Source: Phoronis australis
Taxonomy: Eukaryota > Animalia > Phoronida
Direction: 5' to 3'
Length of the DNA stretch: 64,000 nt
Assembly: GCA_002633005.1 (NCBI GenBank)
Contig: NMRA01000179.1
Location: forward strand, 279,954-343,953
The number at the start of each line of letters is the position of its first letter. Positions within the stretch are counted from its first letter, which is position 1. Shown in pieces: positions 51,701 through 61,966 of this stretch. A model generated the notes under the pieces. That model made no database searches. It worked only from the letters and a program-made list of their open reading frames with translations, and was not told the origin of the DNA. A program made the translations under genes and the position numbers.

Positions 51701-54700
51701 AGGTAATTGGGTTTATTTGTTACAATTATTATATGGTGCTGTACCTGCCCTTTAGTCTACATGTACACCTGGACATCATTCAGAATGATTCTCCGTCTGT
51801 TCCTTGTAATTTAAAATTGGGCCCGTAGCATGAGTTATTGTAACAGCACAACAGGCCAATCTTCAAGTGCGACTTCCTAAAATCCAGGTTACAAGTTTGA
51901 GACATCCATTAAGTGTTTAGTTTAAAGCTGCTTTTAAAAACTTTAATTTTCCAGAGGTTTCCAGTTGCCAACAACGTTCTTTGAAAACGGCAATCACTCA
52001 TCGAGAAAATGGCTTACCTAAGACCTTGACAGGTACTGACGGCAACAATTGATCCAGCAACACCCCGCACGTTTCCAAGATAATGACAATGGTGACCTTT
52101 CTGTCCATAAAAGAGAAGGTTGTTAACTTTGAACATCTTAGTAGGTGTCCCAAGGTATGCTTGCGAGTGACAACCAATGAGATCACGAGCTTCGCTTCGA
52201 ATGTCCGTCGACAACCCACGAAGACTAACTTCATGTCGCAAAAATCGTAAGAAGCAAAGGTGGAGTAAAACACTCGCGAAAAAGCAAGGCCACGTAAAAT
52301 CAGTTGAGTAAACGGCAAATGTTTCGCTATAGACCTTAGTGAAGTACACTAATAACAAAACATTACTGATACGTTTTACCTGAAAAGTTATCGTTGGACA
52401 AATGGGTGGACGTTATGCAAGTGCATATAGTACTGTAAGTTATTTTACAACGTAAATCAAAGTTAATTTACGCACGCCGCCAATAATTTCTTTACGCGGT
52501 AAATAATTGGAATACGATAAAGTGTCGTTTTGGCGCATGTGGGCGCATGCATTAATTGCTCAACGAAATGTCTCGTAGCTTGGCCAAGCGATGCCGGGAA
52601 AAAACGAGCCCAGGGATCATAGAGCTATTGCAGCACCAAGACGGGGAGGGGTGGGTAGTGAGGATAGAGGATCATTGTCTGGTGGGCAAGACAGCGGACT
52701 TAGGGGCGTACTGTAGTTCTGTCTCACTTAGAGTTTGCGCTGCGACTAGTTAAATGTTTAAGTAACTCGGTTTTTCTTCAGCTAAGTCAAATCAAGAGTG
52801 CAATGCTTTAAAACATTTTAGAAATTGAAGATGCTCTTTTTGGATGGCCGTGAATTGCACAAGTGCCAGTTCCTATCTAAGATGAAAAGACAGTGAAACT
52901 CGTTCTTCCCTTGAAATCTTATTGCTCACTTTTTTAAAGTTACATTGATGCAATGCAAGTGTACCGCAGAACGCTCTCAAGAACATTTCAAAAATTGGAG
53001 GCAAGATATTTAACCACGCTCCTGTGTTTTATGATTTTTTAAAACCAAGCTCTGCACAATAACTTATGGAAAATTAGTAAATGTGCAAATCATTTATACT
53101 TAAAACTTCAAAAAATGTAGTGTTTGGAGTACTAGTTCCAACTCTCACCAAAAGGCAGAAATGCACCTTACATGTGCCTTAAGTGTTAAATAAAAATATC
53201 TAAAAGCTGTGTGCATTTGTGCTATGATATAATGGAAACATTATTTGCAGTCTTACCCTAAAGGACACATAACTTGACTGTGTTTAACTATGTTCTACTT
53301 CATGTCCAATTTTGGAGAATACGTCACGCTTAACAGTAAAACTTCACAGCTATGTACTCGTATAAGCAGGAGTGAGTTTACATGTACTTTTATAAAGGAG
53401 TATGGCTCGTGACATAAAAAGCCTCAAAACAACAATTTCTTGGTCGCGGAAGAAGTTTTACAAGCTTTTGCTGACCTACAGCCCATGGCATATTAAGCCT
53501 AAATCTTTGGACACTACCTGATACCTGTGCTAACATTGCATCGAAAGAAGTTGCATGTAGTGCTTCAAAATCGGTGCTACAAATTCGTGAACGTGTTATG
53601 TATTTCTGACTAGACACAGGGAGTTAGTATACTCAATGGGAAAAGAAAATGATAGATTATTTACCTCCTTTCGCCGTGCTATGACTTTTCCGTTTTTGGA
53701 GATGTGCTTCTCCACAAAATTCTTTGCCAAGATATTACTAAAACAAACACACAAAAAAGCTAAGTGATTAATTTATGCAACCACATCAGGTAATTCGAGC
53801 ATTTCACTAGCACAAATTTCTGGAAAGAAAAGCGAGATTATGCTATACCACCAGTGAAAGGTGTACATGAAGTGTTCTGCGAATGTGCTAGACATGTTAT
53901 TAGGTTAACCTAGAAAATGGCCGTCTCTTATTGAGTGATTGGTTGGTGAGGTCAGAACTTTGAATTATGCTACAGATTTTTCGCTGCAAGTGCATGACTA
54001 CAGCGAAAAAATCTGTGGAGGTTTATTCTGGTTAGACCGTACCATGCCTTACAAGAGCAAAACAGATCGTTGAAATGCGCTCGCGACTGCAGCGTAAACG
54101 GTGTGCTTCTTTTGGTAATTTAGAATCATACAAACGGCCATTAGATGGCGAAAAATAAGTTAAATACGTCCAAAATTGGGAAAGAGTCGTCCTCTCTCTA
54201 TTACAAAACATTTTGAAAATTCACTGAGAAACTACAAATATACAGACCCAGGTGTAAAAAATTCAAATAGCCATTAGAAGGCAAAGCCGTAGTCGAATCA
54301 GTCCATCTGATGTCAAGCTAATAAGAGTAGATGTGCACAATATGGTTTCACGAAACTTATGAGCCAAGTTCATGTGACGAAATCGAGAAGGGTTTTTAAT
54401 TATCCTAAGAAAAACTCCAGAGACATGTTAAGTGCCAGAAACTTACCAGGATGCATGGAAATTTCACTATTTGGCTACAAAAACAAAAAAATATCTTACA
54501 CGGGAGGGGAAACCCCCTTGCCGACCTCCCCCCTCTCGGCGCCACGCGCCCAGGATTCGACCTTGGCGGGAATCCTAAACCCCCCTTGCTGAAAACGTAG
54601 ATCCGCCACTGTGACGGTAACATGCACCCATATATAAATACGTGGGAGTATTACAATTACCCTCAACTTGAACACAAGAAATTGAGAGAAAAAATAGAAC

Positions 54701-57700
54701 TGTTACCTTACAAATCCCTTGTTCACATCTAAAACCTACCTGTTCAATTGCAGGTCGAGGAATATATTCCTACCAAAGGCAGACATTTCGACCGACAACT
54801 TGTTTGGATGTTTCTGAAACGAAGCAAATGACGTTTTAGCAACAATGGCCAAGGAGAGATGCAGCCCCTGTTGAAGGAATCTATTGTTCAATTTTTGCTG
54901 GGTGTAATGAAAAATAGAATGCAGGACATCTTGACGCGTGTTCCATGGAGGAGGAAAACCCCCGAAAGACCACACATGACCATGCACGTAAACACCCATA
55001 AGCGGATCCATGGGAGTTAAGGTGTCCACACATCATTTTCCCTTGATTTTAGTGATGTCAATTGTTGGCTTAGACCTCCCCTTTTTAAAGAATCTTTGAT
55101 CCGACCCCTTTTAAAAATCCTTGATCCGCCCCTGTCACCTTAGCTTCTTTTGGCGTTTTTTCTGGTCTACGGGACTCAACCCTAGTGACAAGTCTGAGTT
55201 TTTCTCGTGGTTTGCAATGTCTGTTTAAGGTGAACTTCGCAAAGTGAAAAATTGTTTAGCAAACCTGGGCAAGACATAAGATCAAAAGTTAATAGGTTCA
55301 AAACATCGGACAAATCCAATTGCTTAATGGATTCAGCTGCGTTGTAGTTTTGTATTCTGTTCGAAATGTGCAACACCCCTGTCGTTTCGTAATTCTTTTT
55401 CAATACGGGACTTATATTCACAACATCAGGCAAATCAGGTTCGTATGCGAGGAAGTGGTAAGAATCATATTTTTCAGAACTGATTTATTGGGCACCTGTC
55501 GATTCGAGGCCCGATTCTGAATCAATTTAGATTGACACCTCTGAGTAAGGGTAAGGCTGTTCGCAACCTGCAGAAGAAGGAACTTACCCCTTGGAGCACA
55601 CTTTTTGTTAAAATAATAAAAAATGCAATGGTAAAGAGTTTTGATTTCGTAGTACTGACTAGTCTATTTAAATGTTGTCTGACTCGCAATTCGTGGTAAA
55701 AATAACGCCAAGCTCCTGAGCAACGAAGCCTTTCCATTATGTAATTGCACGTTCTACCCTGATGTCATCCGGCAACGTCAGTACTTGTAATGGCACATCG
55801 TCAAGCAATTCTTTTATTGCAACCATATATTTATCTTTATATTGTACTGTGTTTATAATACAAATGAACACTCAACGTATTCAAAACAAGGGGGCTTACA
55901 TAAGGTAATCTTCAAAGTATGCGGCTGATGCGACAGACGTCCTCGATAGGACGGTGAAGGATTGCGACTACTAATGGAAAACCAGGAAAATGTCAAAGGC
56001 AAGCATTTTTAAGACCGCTTTCTACCAGACACATCTCGAATTAGGTTTAGTTGGATAGTGTTGACAGTGATGAAATTTACTCGAAAGAACTCTTGTGCTA
56101 CCAGTATATTTTGCTCACGAAGTTATGTGGTTTCTTTTAGTGTGCTACATCATAGCATCTGGGTCAGAGGAGCTCCAAAGAGAAACTCGAAGATGTATTC
56201 CAAGACAGCATGGTTTACCAGAAGTGTTAGACAAACTAAATGTATCCACCAGTCCCGTCTGCCACCTTTCCGAAGACAACTGGCCAAGCTATCGCCAGAT
56301 CATTCAGTCACACACCGCAAAAGAGAGCCGACTCTGAAGCAGATTGAGTTAAAATGCAACACGTGCCAAGGTAGACATGGTCCGGGTTAAAAGGTCGAAG
56401 AGTCAAAAGGAAAGGACCCAAAGACGACGAGTGAGACCGAATAACCAGATACGTAATACAATCAGAGAATAAAAAGAGGTACGAACAGTTAAGGAAGGTA
56501 AGCTGGCCAACAATTGGCATGGACAAAATGTAATAAAATTTCACAAAGAGAGGAAGTGGTAAAACGTCTCCTCTGAAAGCAACCATTACGTTTCCAATGA
56601 GACCTTCTATGACGTGCTGGTTAAATCCAACAACCTAGCTACATAAGTATTTCCCGATGTCATCTGCTGCCGGGATTGTGGGCGTAGAAATACTGCAGCG
56701 CATTTTATCCTACATGTAGTAAAGAGCAGAGTTAGAGCTGGAAGATACACAATTACACATTAACAGCTACATGCAGTTAAAGCTTCTGCAAGGTTATAGC
56801 CGGCAAAGCCAAAATAAAATCAAAGCCAAAAAACAGCTTATCAAATTTCTTAATTCTAGGACTGAGAAATAACAGACAAAAGAAAACATCGAAGCTGGAA
56901 TGAATCCTGCATACTGCCATTGATTGGTAAATAGTAGGTCACCTCGCCAGACACATTCGCGCAGCACATTGTCCAGATTAGTCAGCAACCGGATTACCTA
57001 TTCGGCGGTTCCTACCAGGTGATGTTGATCGAGTTCATTGGGAGAGCAGAATGGAAGAGGACCACGTACATGTACCCAATCTCGAGAAACAGCTGCCAAT
57101 TGAAGGAATGATAAGTTTTTTTCAATAGAAGTTGTCTGCCTGAGTTTATCGGCAAGCTAAGATATCACCATTTACCATTTAAATGTCCCTCGGCATTTCT
57201 GGTTTCAGAATTAAGACTCTCCTATGTTGTGTGGCCACCGAAGCTGAACATGCAGACATTTTGTTGGATTTGGATGAAGCGCCAGTTGCAGCAATACTAC
57301 CAGCAACCATCGCTCGGCCGGCAACTCTGCGGTCGCGCCTGCTAGAGGTGGTCTGGATTAAGGGGTGAAACCATTGAGAACGGTGATGATTGAGCACACT
57401 ACGTGTAAGTACGTGTAAGCGTTTAAATTGTTTCTAGGGCCTTTAAGAAATTGGTAGACTTAGTATAATTGGTTGTGAGCAGAAAATAACGTAGTAGCAA
57501 ACAAAGGACGATTCACACATTGTCTTCACCATGCAAAAGCAAACAATTTACAAGCTTGTCAACCAAGTAAATTTCCAAGAAAGGGAAGTCAATGCAGTAA
57601 CTAACCCGATCACTTTAAACATTGAATGAGGTCAACTGCTTGCTTCTGAGAGCCGGGAAACTTGGTGCCCTGATTGGCACACCGTAAAAGGTGTGTTCCC

Positions 57701-60700
57701 CTTTGATGTAATTTTTATCTACTTACGCCTTCCAAGGAATCCAATATAACAGCAGATCTTTCGCCCGAATGGAATATCTTCGGAAAAGTGAAGTCGCGCT
57801 CTGAATACTGGAATTCCTCGTTGGCCATCGCTGTGAGTTGGTCGCGAGCTTAGCAAAGATTAAGCAAAAGTTTGTTTCAACTTTTAGGGGTCATATAAAT
57901 AGGCTTCAAATTATCGTCTAATTCTGGCGGTGACGTTGAAGGTCCTTAGTTCACGTGCCCCAAAAGCACCCGTTTTTTATGTTACCAAACTCCCTGTGTC
58001 AGGAAATGACAAGCCTACTCACACAGACCTTCATCAGTGAAACCATTTGCAAGACTTACCAACTCTGTGAGCTAGGGTTGCTTATTGGCAACTACAACAG
58101 TGATGAATTGACGCCATTAGAAGGAAAACACGAAGAAAGTAAATGTCCTAAATCTGTTAGCACCCTACTAGGTTGTGATCGGAAAATCTTGATTAGCCCC
58201 TTTAAAGACAACAACGATTCCAAAGTTGGAAATGATAGCTGCAATTACTGCAGTAAAACTGCATAAATATATTTCGTGATGTGCTTGAGATTAACCTCGA
58301 TAATTTTAGGGACCGTGTTTAAATACATTCGAAATGAAAACAAGCGATTCCTAACGTTCGCAGAAGACAGAGTTTAATTCTTTAGACAAACTACACAGTT
58401 CCCTAGATAATTGAAGATATGCAACTGCCAGTGTAAACCCTGCTGATGATGCCTGACGCGGTCTGTCTACTGAGGAGCTCAGTTCAAGTAACAGATGTTT
58501 AACAGGGCCTGGTTTCTTTCGGAAACCAGCAAGTGATTGGACCATTCAACCATGTGTTGATCCAGAAAGTAAGAAGGAGAAAGCGTTAGGCAACGTAACG
58601 TTTGCTTGACAGTCTATTTAGTTTATACTCTTCTTGGTGGAAGTTGAAGAGAATACTGAGTTGGATCGTAAGATTCAAGGAAGTCTTAATGGACAAGGCG
58701 AGAATTCAAGCAAACACAATTTTCGATCCGCATTTAGTTGTGAGCGACTTAAAACCAACCGAGTTAACTATTGTGCGTTATGTACAACACTACTGTTTTG
58801 CGACAAAAATTGCAGCTTGTCAAAATGGTGACGTTAATGTATGAAAGTATGGTTTATTGTGGTCGATTTAGGAGACTTGACACGCCAAATGACGCCAAAC
58901 ATCAAATCATCTTACCCAAATACCACCGAGTATATGAAGTATACCCATGAATGTTCGGGACATTATGGTCGACAGTATGTATGCTCTAAGCTGCAAGGAA
59001 AATTTTTAGATTTTTTAAGCTGGGGTTGCTGTGCGTAGAGTATTGAGAAACTGCTTTAGTTGCAAACGTCGTCATGCGCCGTGTGGAGAGCAGCAGACGC
59101 GCGATTTACCTGAGGACAGAATCACAGCTGACAAACCGATGTTCAGTTTTGATCGAGTTGACTTTTTCGGTCTATTCAACGTTAAGTGTGGACGCAAGAG
59201 TGTGAAAAGTTATGCTTTTATATTTAGTTGTTTTACTAAGAGAGCCATGCATACCGAGATTTTCCAATGATCACTGGATCACAATTCATTTATCAATGAG
59301 ACGTTTTATATCGCGGAGAGGTACGCCTGAGTTAATCTGGGGTGAAAATGGAACAAATTTCTAGGTGATGAGCGAATACTGAAAGAGGCCATGCAATAAT
59401 GGAATCAGTCGACTGTTCATGACTTATAAGTTTAATACGCCATATGCATCATACCATGGAGGTGTATAAAAGGTTGCATTCTTTCTATTAGGAGCGTGTT
59501 TAACGCCGTACTCAATGAACAAACTCTCAGTGATGAATGTTTAGTAACGTGTGAAGTAGATTGTATTCTAAATGGTCCATATCTGATCCCAGTCTCACAG
59601 AATCCTAATGGTTTATCGGTGTTTTCCCTTAATTATTTGTTATTCTTAAGAGGCAACTGTTGCATGACCCCGGCGTTTTCACAAAAACCGATGCCTATTC
59701 CATTTGTAAGTGGTGACAGAATCAGTATTTAGCAGACCTGTTTTGGAAACGTTGGCTTGCTGAATATTTATCACTTCTGAAACAAAGACAAACATTGGGA
59801 TAAGGTATTACCCAACTTTTCAGTCGGAGATATTGTCTTAGTCATTGACCAGCAGTATTGTTGGTAGCCTTAAGCTGTATACTAAATATACAGCTTTACT
59901 GCCGATGTGGGTAAAAAAGTGGAAAGAAAAAATCCGACACAAAACTAGTGTCATTAAAAACTACAGTCTTTCTTGAGTAAACTAAATTATTTAACGGTGT
60001 TGGAAAAAATGGCGTTCTACCATTATTCTGCTGCTAAAGTTGTGGAGCGATCTTTAGCGACGGCTTTCGGCGCCATGAAATATTGCGTCACCTACATTGT
60101 ATTGGCCAGTTTCTTTTTTCGCCGATTTTTCAATCACCTGTCTTTCACGAGGTTGCGTACACGTCGCAACAAATTATCGGAACTGATTTCACTTCATTAT
60201 ATCAGTTTTTAGAATTTTGATACCGAAAAACCGAATTTCAGAAGAAATTTTGCTGCTGCCAAGCCATCATCATCTCCCGAGAGATGTCGCGAAAGGGTGT
60301 GTTCGCAATTTAGCGTGCGGGAATGTAAATGCGTTTAGCGCGTGACTTTTATTTTGTTTAATGACGTTCACTACATGATTCATGATTTGATGCGCGTTTG
60401 TCAGCGTCTTCACTTTATGAAGATTTTAATGGATGAAATCTCACGAAGTTGCAAGTTTTTTTTTTAAATGCCGTCTTCGATGTTCTCATATTGTGAACTG
60501 GAATGTGTTACGATACGACTGATTAATGACACTGAGTACGTAATTTGATGTTACAGGGACGAATCACAAACTAGTGCAAAGAAGAAATTCACATGCCTTA
60601 GATTTTACCGTCTGCCAAACACCAATACGTGTAGTATTATTTATTTATTTTAGTTCCCTTGAAGCGATATTTAATTTTACTCAGTTTATGTATGCCTACG

Positions 60701-61300
60701 TTTTTGATTTTAGTATTTCAAAACTTTTTAGAAATGAGTACTTACGATGCCAAGAATACAATAAAAAATTCGTCACGTGCATGCACGACGATTTTATTTG
60801 GATTCAGCGGTCGAAATACATTCTGGCCCGGTGGCCGGGGGCCAGTGAATTTGCGGCCTGGCCAGTAAACTTTAACATGTAGATCCTAGTAGATATGATC
60901 TCATATGCACCAAGCTAGCCTGGCGGACCAGAACATTTATTTGCTGAAGCTCGAACACCGCTTGGATTTGGGACAATTACGTTGGGCGCCTAGGCTCGGT
61001 AAATTTTAGTGTCCAACCTTTGTTTCTTGTTGGTAATGAGTCGTGTGGAAATTTGTCGGCCTGTGATTTGTACAATTATCGACGAGCGTCAGATAGAGCT
61101 GGTTTATTGACTAACGGCGTATGTTTGAACAAAATAGCATTGTACCATGGCTAAGGGATTTTTGTCGCACTTCCCTAGATGCCAGGAACAAGAAATGCGC
61201 CCCAGTATTGTGCGCCGTTTGCAGAGCTTTAGTGAAAAGGTGACTTACCGGCAAATAAAACAAAAAACAATGTTAATGACGGCATTCCTACGACTTTCAT
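15702..61300 (-). CDS. ADAM/reprolysin-family zinc metalloprotease-disintegrin gene (multi-exon; whole span)
   Basis: 14 consecutive exons from 54813 to 15702 splice with GT-AG and matching phases into pro + M12B + disintegrin + cysteine-rich domains, plus a probable signal-peptide exon at 61300. The exon(s) linking 61249 to 54813 were not located with confidence. Confidence 0.93.
15960..16400 (+). mobile_element. Solo LTR-like repeat with heat-shock-element-like motifs
   Basis: Clearly homologous to 44028-44563 (atatgtttgtagaatgatt..ggaaagtt.tagaatgtgcttgaa.tggtgaaaagttctagaac). Confidence 0.65.
16789..16987 (-). CDS. ADAM cysteine-rich domain exon 2 (DKLCGRLHC...[15 protein letters not shown])
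   Basis: D..CG.L.C and DPGLV.DGT.CG.GK motifs; AAA|GTAGGT donor. Confidence 0.94.
17768..18310. mobile_element. Foldback/MITE with ~75-bp terminal inverted repeats
   Basis: ttattggggacaaataaaacaacaacaat...cagggtcacagctcta mirrored at 18236-18310; internal tacccatttggtac motif repeated. Confidence 0.85.
18592..20306. repeat. N-joined tandem duplication (18592-19437 / 19439-20306)
   Basis: Two ~0.85-kb near-identical copies separated by a single N at 19438. Confidence 0.95.
20174..20346 (-). CDS. ADAM cysteine-rich domain exon 1 (SHCFNGYC...CKELHG...VNLDG...GDCG...KKCKD)
   Basis: ADAM cysteine-rich pattern; tttcag acceptor, GC|GTAAGT donor; its 3' part is repeated at 19305-19437. Confidence 0.92.
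21260..21388 (-). CDS. ADAM disintegrin loop exon ([16 protein letters not shown]...CPRD...GTPC)
   Basis: CR....ECD.PE.C.....CP.D disintegrin signature; ctgcag acceptor, GCG|GTAATA donor. Confidence 0.95.
21689..21768. mobile_element. 80-bp mini-MITE, perfect 20-bp TIR, 9-bp TSD TTCGAACGG
   Basis: ctcgctggttccctgcgtgc / gcacgcagggaaccagcgag, flanked by ttcgaacgg on both sides. Confidence 0.8.
23089..23338 (-). CDS. ADAM exon: end of M12B and N-part of disintegrin (SKFSSCS...[15 protein letters not shown]...CASGPCC)
   Basis: FSSCS, CLxxxP and CGNG..E.GE.CDCG motifs; ttttatttccag acceptor. Confidence 0.96.
26041..27400. repeat. Dispersed repeat family, copy 2 (contains MITE 26960-27116)
   Basis: Collinear with 5801-7200. 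Confidence 0.85.
26960..27116. mobile_element. MITE of the 11798 family, 5-bp TSD ACATC
   Basis: gcggatccaggattttgagtt.ggggg...aaatccgccactg; absent from the paralogous repeat at ~6880. Confidence 0.8.
27451..27596 (-). CDS. ADAM catalytic exon ([13 protein letters not shown]...CECD...CLM)
   Basis: Intact HExxHxxGxxHD metzincin zinc-binding motif and Met-turn; missed by the ORF track because it has no upstream start. Confidence 0.96.
28215..28296 (-). CDS. ADAM M12B exon ([27 protein letters not shown])
   Basis: VG....xLCS...SAGV motif; phase 2 to 0 fits neighbours; ttgcag acceptor, AAG|GTTGGT donor. Confidence 0.88.
30510..30620 (-). mobile_element. tRNA-derived SINE head
   Basis: A box TGGCTTAGTTG and B box GGTTCGAGTCCC at tRNA spacing, followed by cccttgagccagg; no complete cloverleaf. 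Confidence 0.7.
31285..31575 (+). mobile_element. Academ-like transposase C-terminal remnant (LPP motif, Cys-rich zinc finger)
   Basis: ILPPS..; W...PAAPLTVL...CKCKKNKC...[11 protein letters not shown] across frameshifts. Confidence 0.6.
32201..32590 (+). mobile_element. Non-LTR retrotransposon C-terminal restriction-like endonuclease remnant (HERO/NeSL/R2 group)
   Basis: LRPDIVLWS...[12 protein letters not shown]...[17 protein letters not shown]...PVDVGSRGF...[12 protein letters not shown] in one frame with stops. Confidence 0.85.
33683..33855 (-). CDS. ADAM M12B exon ([18 protein letters not shown]...[10 protein letters not shown])
   Basis: LNVRVVLxGxEIW motif; tttttag acceptor, AC|GTGAGT donor. 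Confidence 0.93.
35415..35740. repeat. Minisatellite, ~36-40 bp unit (tgtggacac.ctac.gtgt..ccgtagt.acagcggca), about 8 copies
   Basis: Directly visible tandem array. Confidence 0.85.
36031..36093 (-). CDS. ADAM M12B exon ([21 protein letters not shown])
   Basis: tttgcttgtag acceptor, TCT|GTAAGT donor, phase 0-0; RxxxIVNxxN helix. Confidence 0.9.
36484..38005 (+). mobile_element. 5'-truncated CR1-group (CR1/Crack/L2-like) LINE nested in Academ
   Basis: [48 protein letters not shown]...WNNLP; AATAAA then a (TTA)n tail; frameshifted. Confidence 0.93.
39720..40640. repeat. ~300-bp tandem subterminal repeats (3 or more units) of the Academ right end
   Basis: gtacctcgaa.atctag.ctagctca at 40013, 40313 and 40617. 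Confidence 0.92.
40965..41019. repeat. 55-bp near-perfect palindrome next to an (ATC)n/(GTC)n tail
   Basis: ggtatgctgcctgttggc-gtttaaggt-t-accttaaaa-gccaacaggcagcatacc. Confidence 0.85.
42654..42734 (-). CDS. ADAM exon: furin site and start of the M12B domain ([27 protein letters not shown])
   Basis: IELxxVADH motif; ttctcttcaacag acceptor, GCG|GTGAGG donor. Confidence 0.92.
44028..44563 (+). mobile_element. Solo LTR-like repeat (TGTCA...TGACA) with perfect HSEs
   Basis: TG..CA ends, homology to the 16 kb copy, TTCcgGAAagTTCtaGAA at 44181-44198; no TSD seen. Confidence 0.65.
45097..46387. mobile_element. Probable old non-autonomous DNA element with inverted ends
   Basis: gtgacgtcacgggaagcggggcaaaa vs ttttgccccttttccggtgacgtcac (inverted); exact termini and TSD not resolved. 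Confidence 0.5.
46875..47342. repeat. Low-complexity MITE-like repeat built from GTAC/CCAGTACCGG palindromic motifs, ending CTGGGT
   Basis: Dense ggtac/ccagtac/gtactgg units. Confidence 0.55.
48322..48505 (-). CDS. ADAM prodomain exon ([14 protein letters not shown]...HVVYK...FPCSV...TVKR)
   Basis: YIEP/HVVY motifs and a cysteine-switch-position Cys; AGG|GTAAGC donor forms RLKR with the next exon. Confidence 0.88.
50199..50281 (-). CDS. ADAM prodomain exon, copy A (same peptide as 52018-52100)
   Basis: Same 83-nt exon with one synonymous change (GGC/GGT); lies within the N-joined duplication. Confidence 0.85.
52018..52100 (-). CDS. ADAM prodomain exon, copy B ([27 protein letters not shown])
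   Basis: Classic CxYxGxV...SxVAVSTCxGL motif; cag acceptor, AG|GTAAGC donor; duplicated at 50199-50281. Confidence 0.88.
53665..53737 (-). CDS. ADAM prodomain exon ([24 protein letters not shown])
   Basis: gtttgttttag acceptor, GAG|GTAAAT donor; phase 2 to 0 fits both neighbours. Confidence 0.85.
54740..54813 (-). CDS. ADAM prodomain exon ([24 protein letters not shown])
   Basis: tttcag acceptor, AG|GTAGGT donor; matches the ADAM pro motif AFG..F.L.L.LN. Confidence 0.88.
57740..59860 (+). mobile_element. Decayed BEL/Pao LTR retrotransposon pol (RNase H, integrase, DUF5641-like end)
   Basis: [46 protein letters not shown]...[26 protein letters not shown]; many stops and frameshifts. Confidence 0.92.
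59965..60290. repeat. Dispersed repeat family, partial copy 3
   Basis: Matches ~6230-6530 (cttgagtaaactaaattat...ttgctgctgc...cccgagagat). Confidence 0.8.
61249..61300 (-). CDS. ADAM probable first coding exon (signal peptide [17 protein letters not shown])
   Basis: aacatcATG context; basic N-terminus then a hydrophobic stretch; consensus donor G|GTAAGT (phase 1). Confidence 0.65.
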
Positions 61301-61966
61301 GATGTTTTGTGCCTACAGCGTCTGTCTCGAGATGCAAACGAAGTACAATTCCTTGAACTTTTCGCGCAAATTTTCACTACGCCAATGGCATGAGTTTTCG
61401 AGACCTCAAGTCAGAGCTGCACGAAATTATCCGGCCTCCAGCTGGCGTAATAAAAAGTTTTGTGCTTGATCGCAGCTAATTTCTAAGAATCTTTTAGCAC
61501 TTAGACGTGTCAAAGAGAATTCTAGTGGACGCCTGTTACGTTGTGAGAGTAAAAAAATAAAATAATTCACAAAAATCACAAGTATTATCTACAGTACTAA
61601 GCATTAGTTAGTGTCACAAAAAGGCTCGCGTTTCCTAAATAACTTTTTAATGACGAATTCGTGCCTTGCTAACAGGCCATAATATGTACTCAGTCTCACA
61701 AACGCACACACTCACACACAATTAGGCTGGGTAAAATTTGTTTCAGTGTCATCTTTACTGTTTATGTTGATGTCGGCAGCCAGAGGCGACCTTAAATCTG
61801 CCCACCCCCTCCAAATAAGTAATAAACCCGCCACTGTATTGATGAAAATCGGGAAAAATATTTTAAAGATAATCAACTTGCGTTATTTAAATTAGCCCTA
61901 AAATGAAACTATGGAAGATTAGATGTGATTTTTCTTTGCTTTTCGATCTTTGAGACATAACGATGT

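Larger units (their letters stand above)
49104..52748. repeat. N-joined tandem duplication (49104-50927 / 50929-52748)
   Basis: Two ~1.82-kb near-identical copies separated by a single N at 50928. Confidence 0.95.

Noticed and set aside
50179-52358. Duplicated 106-114 aa ORFs as stand-alone genes
   Set aside because: They are intron read-through around the 83-nt ADAM exon, inside a probable haplotype duplication.
56650-56750. RecQ-like helicase motifs (PDV...RAGR)
   Set aside because: Spacing and intervening residues do not fit, and no other helicase motifs are present.
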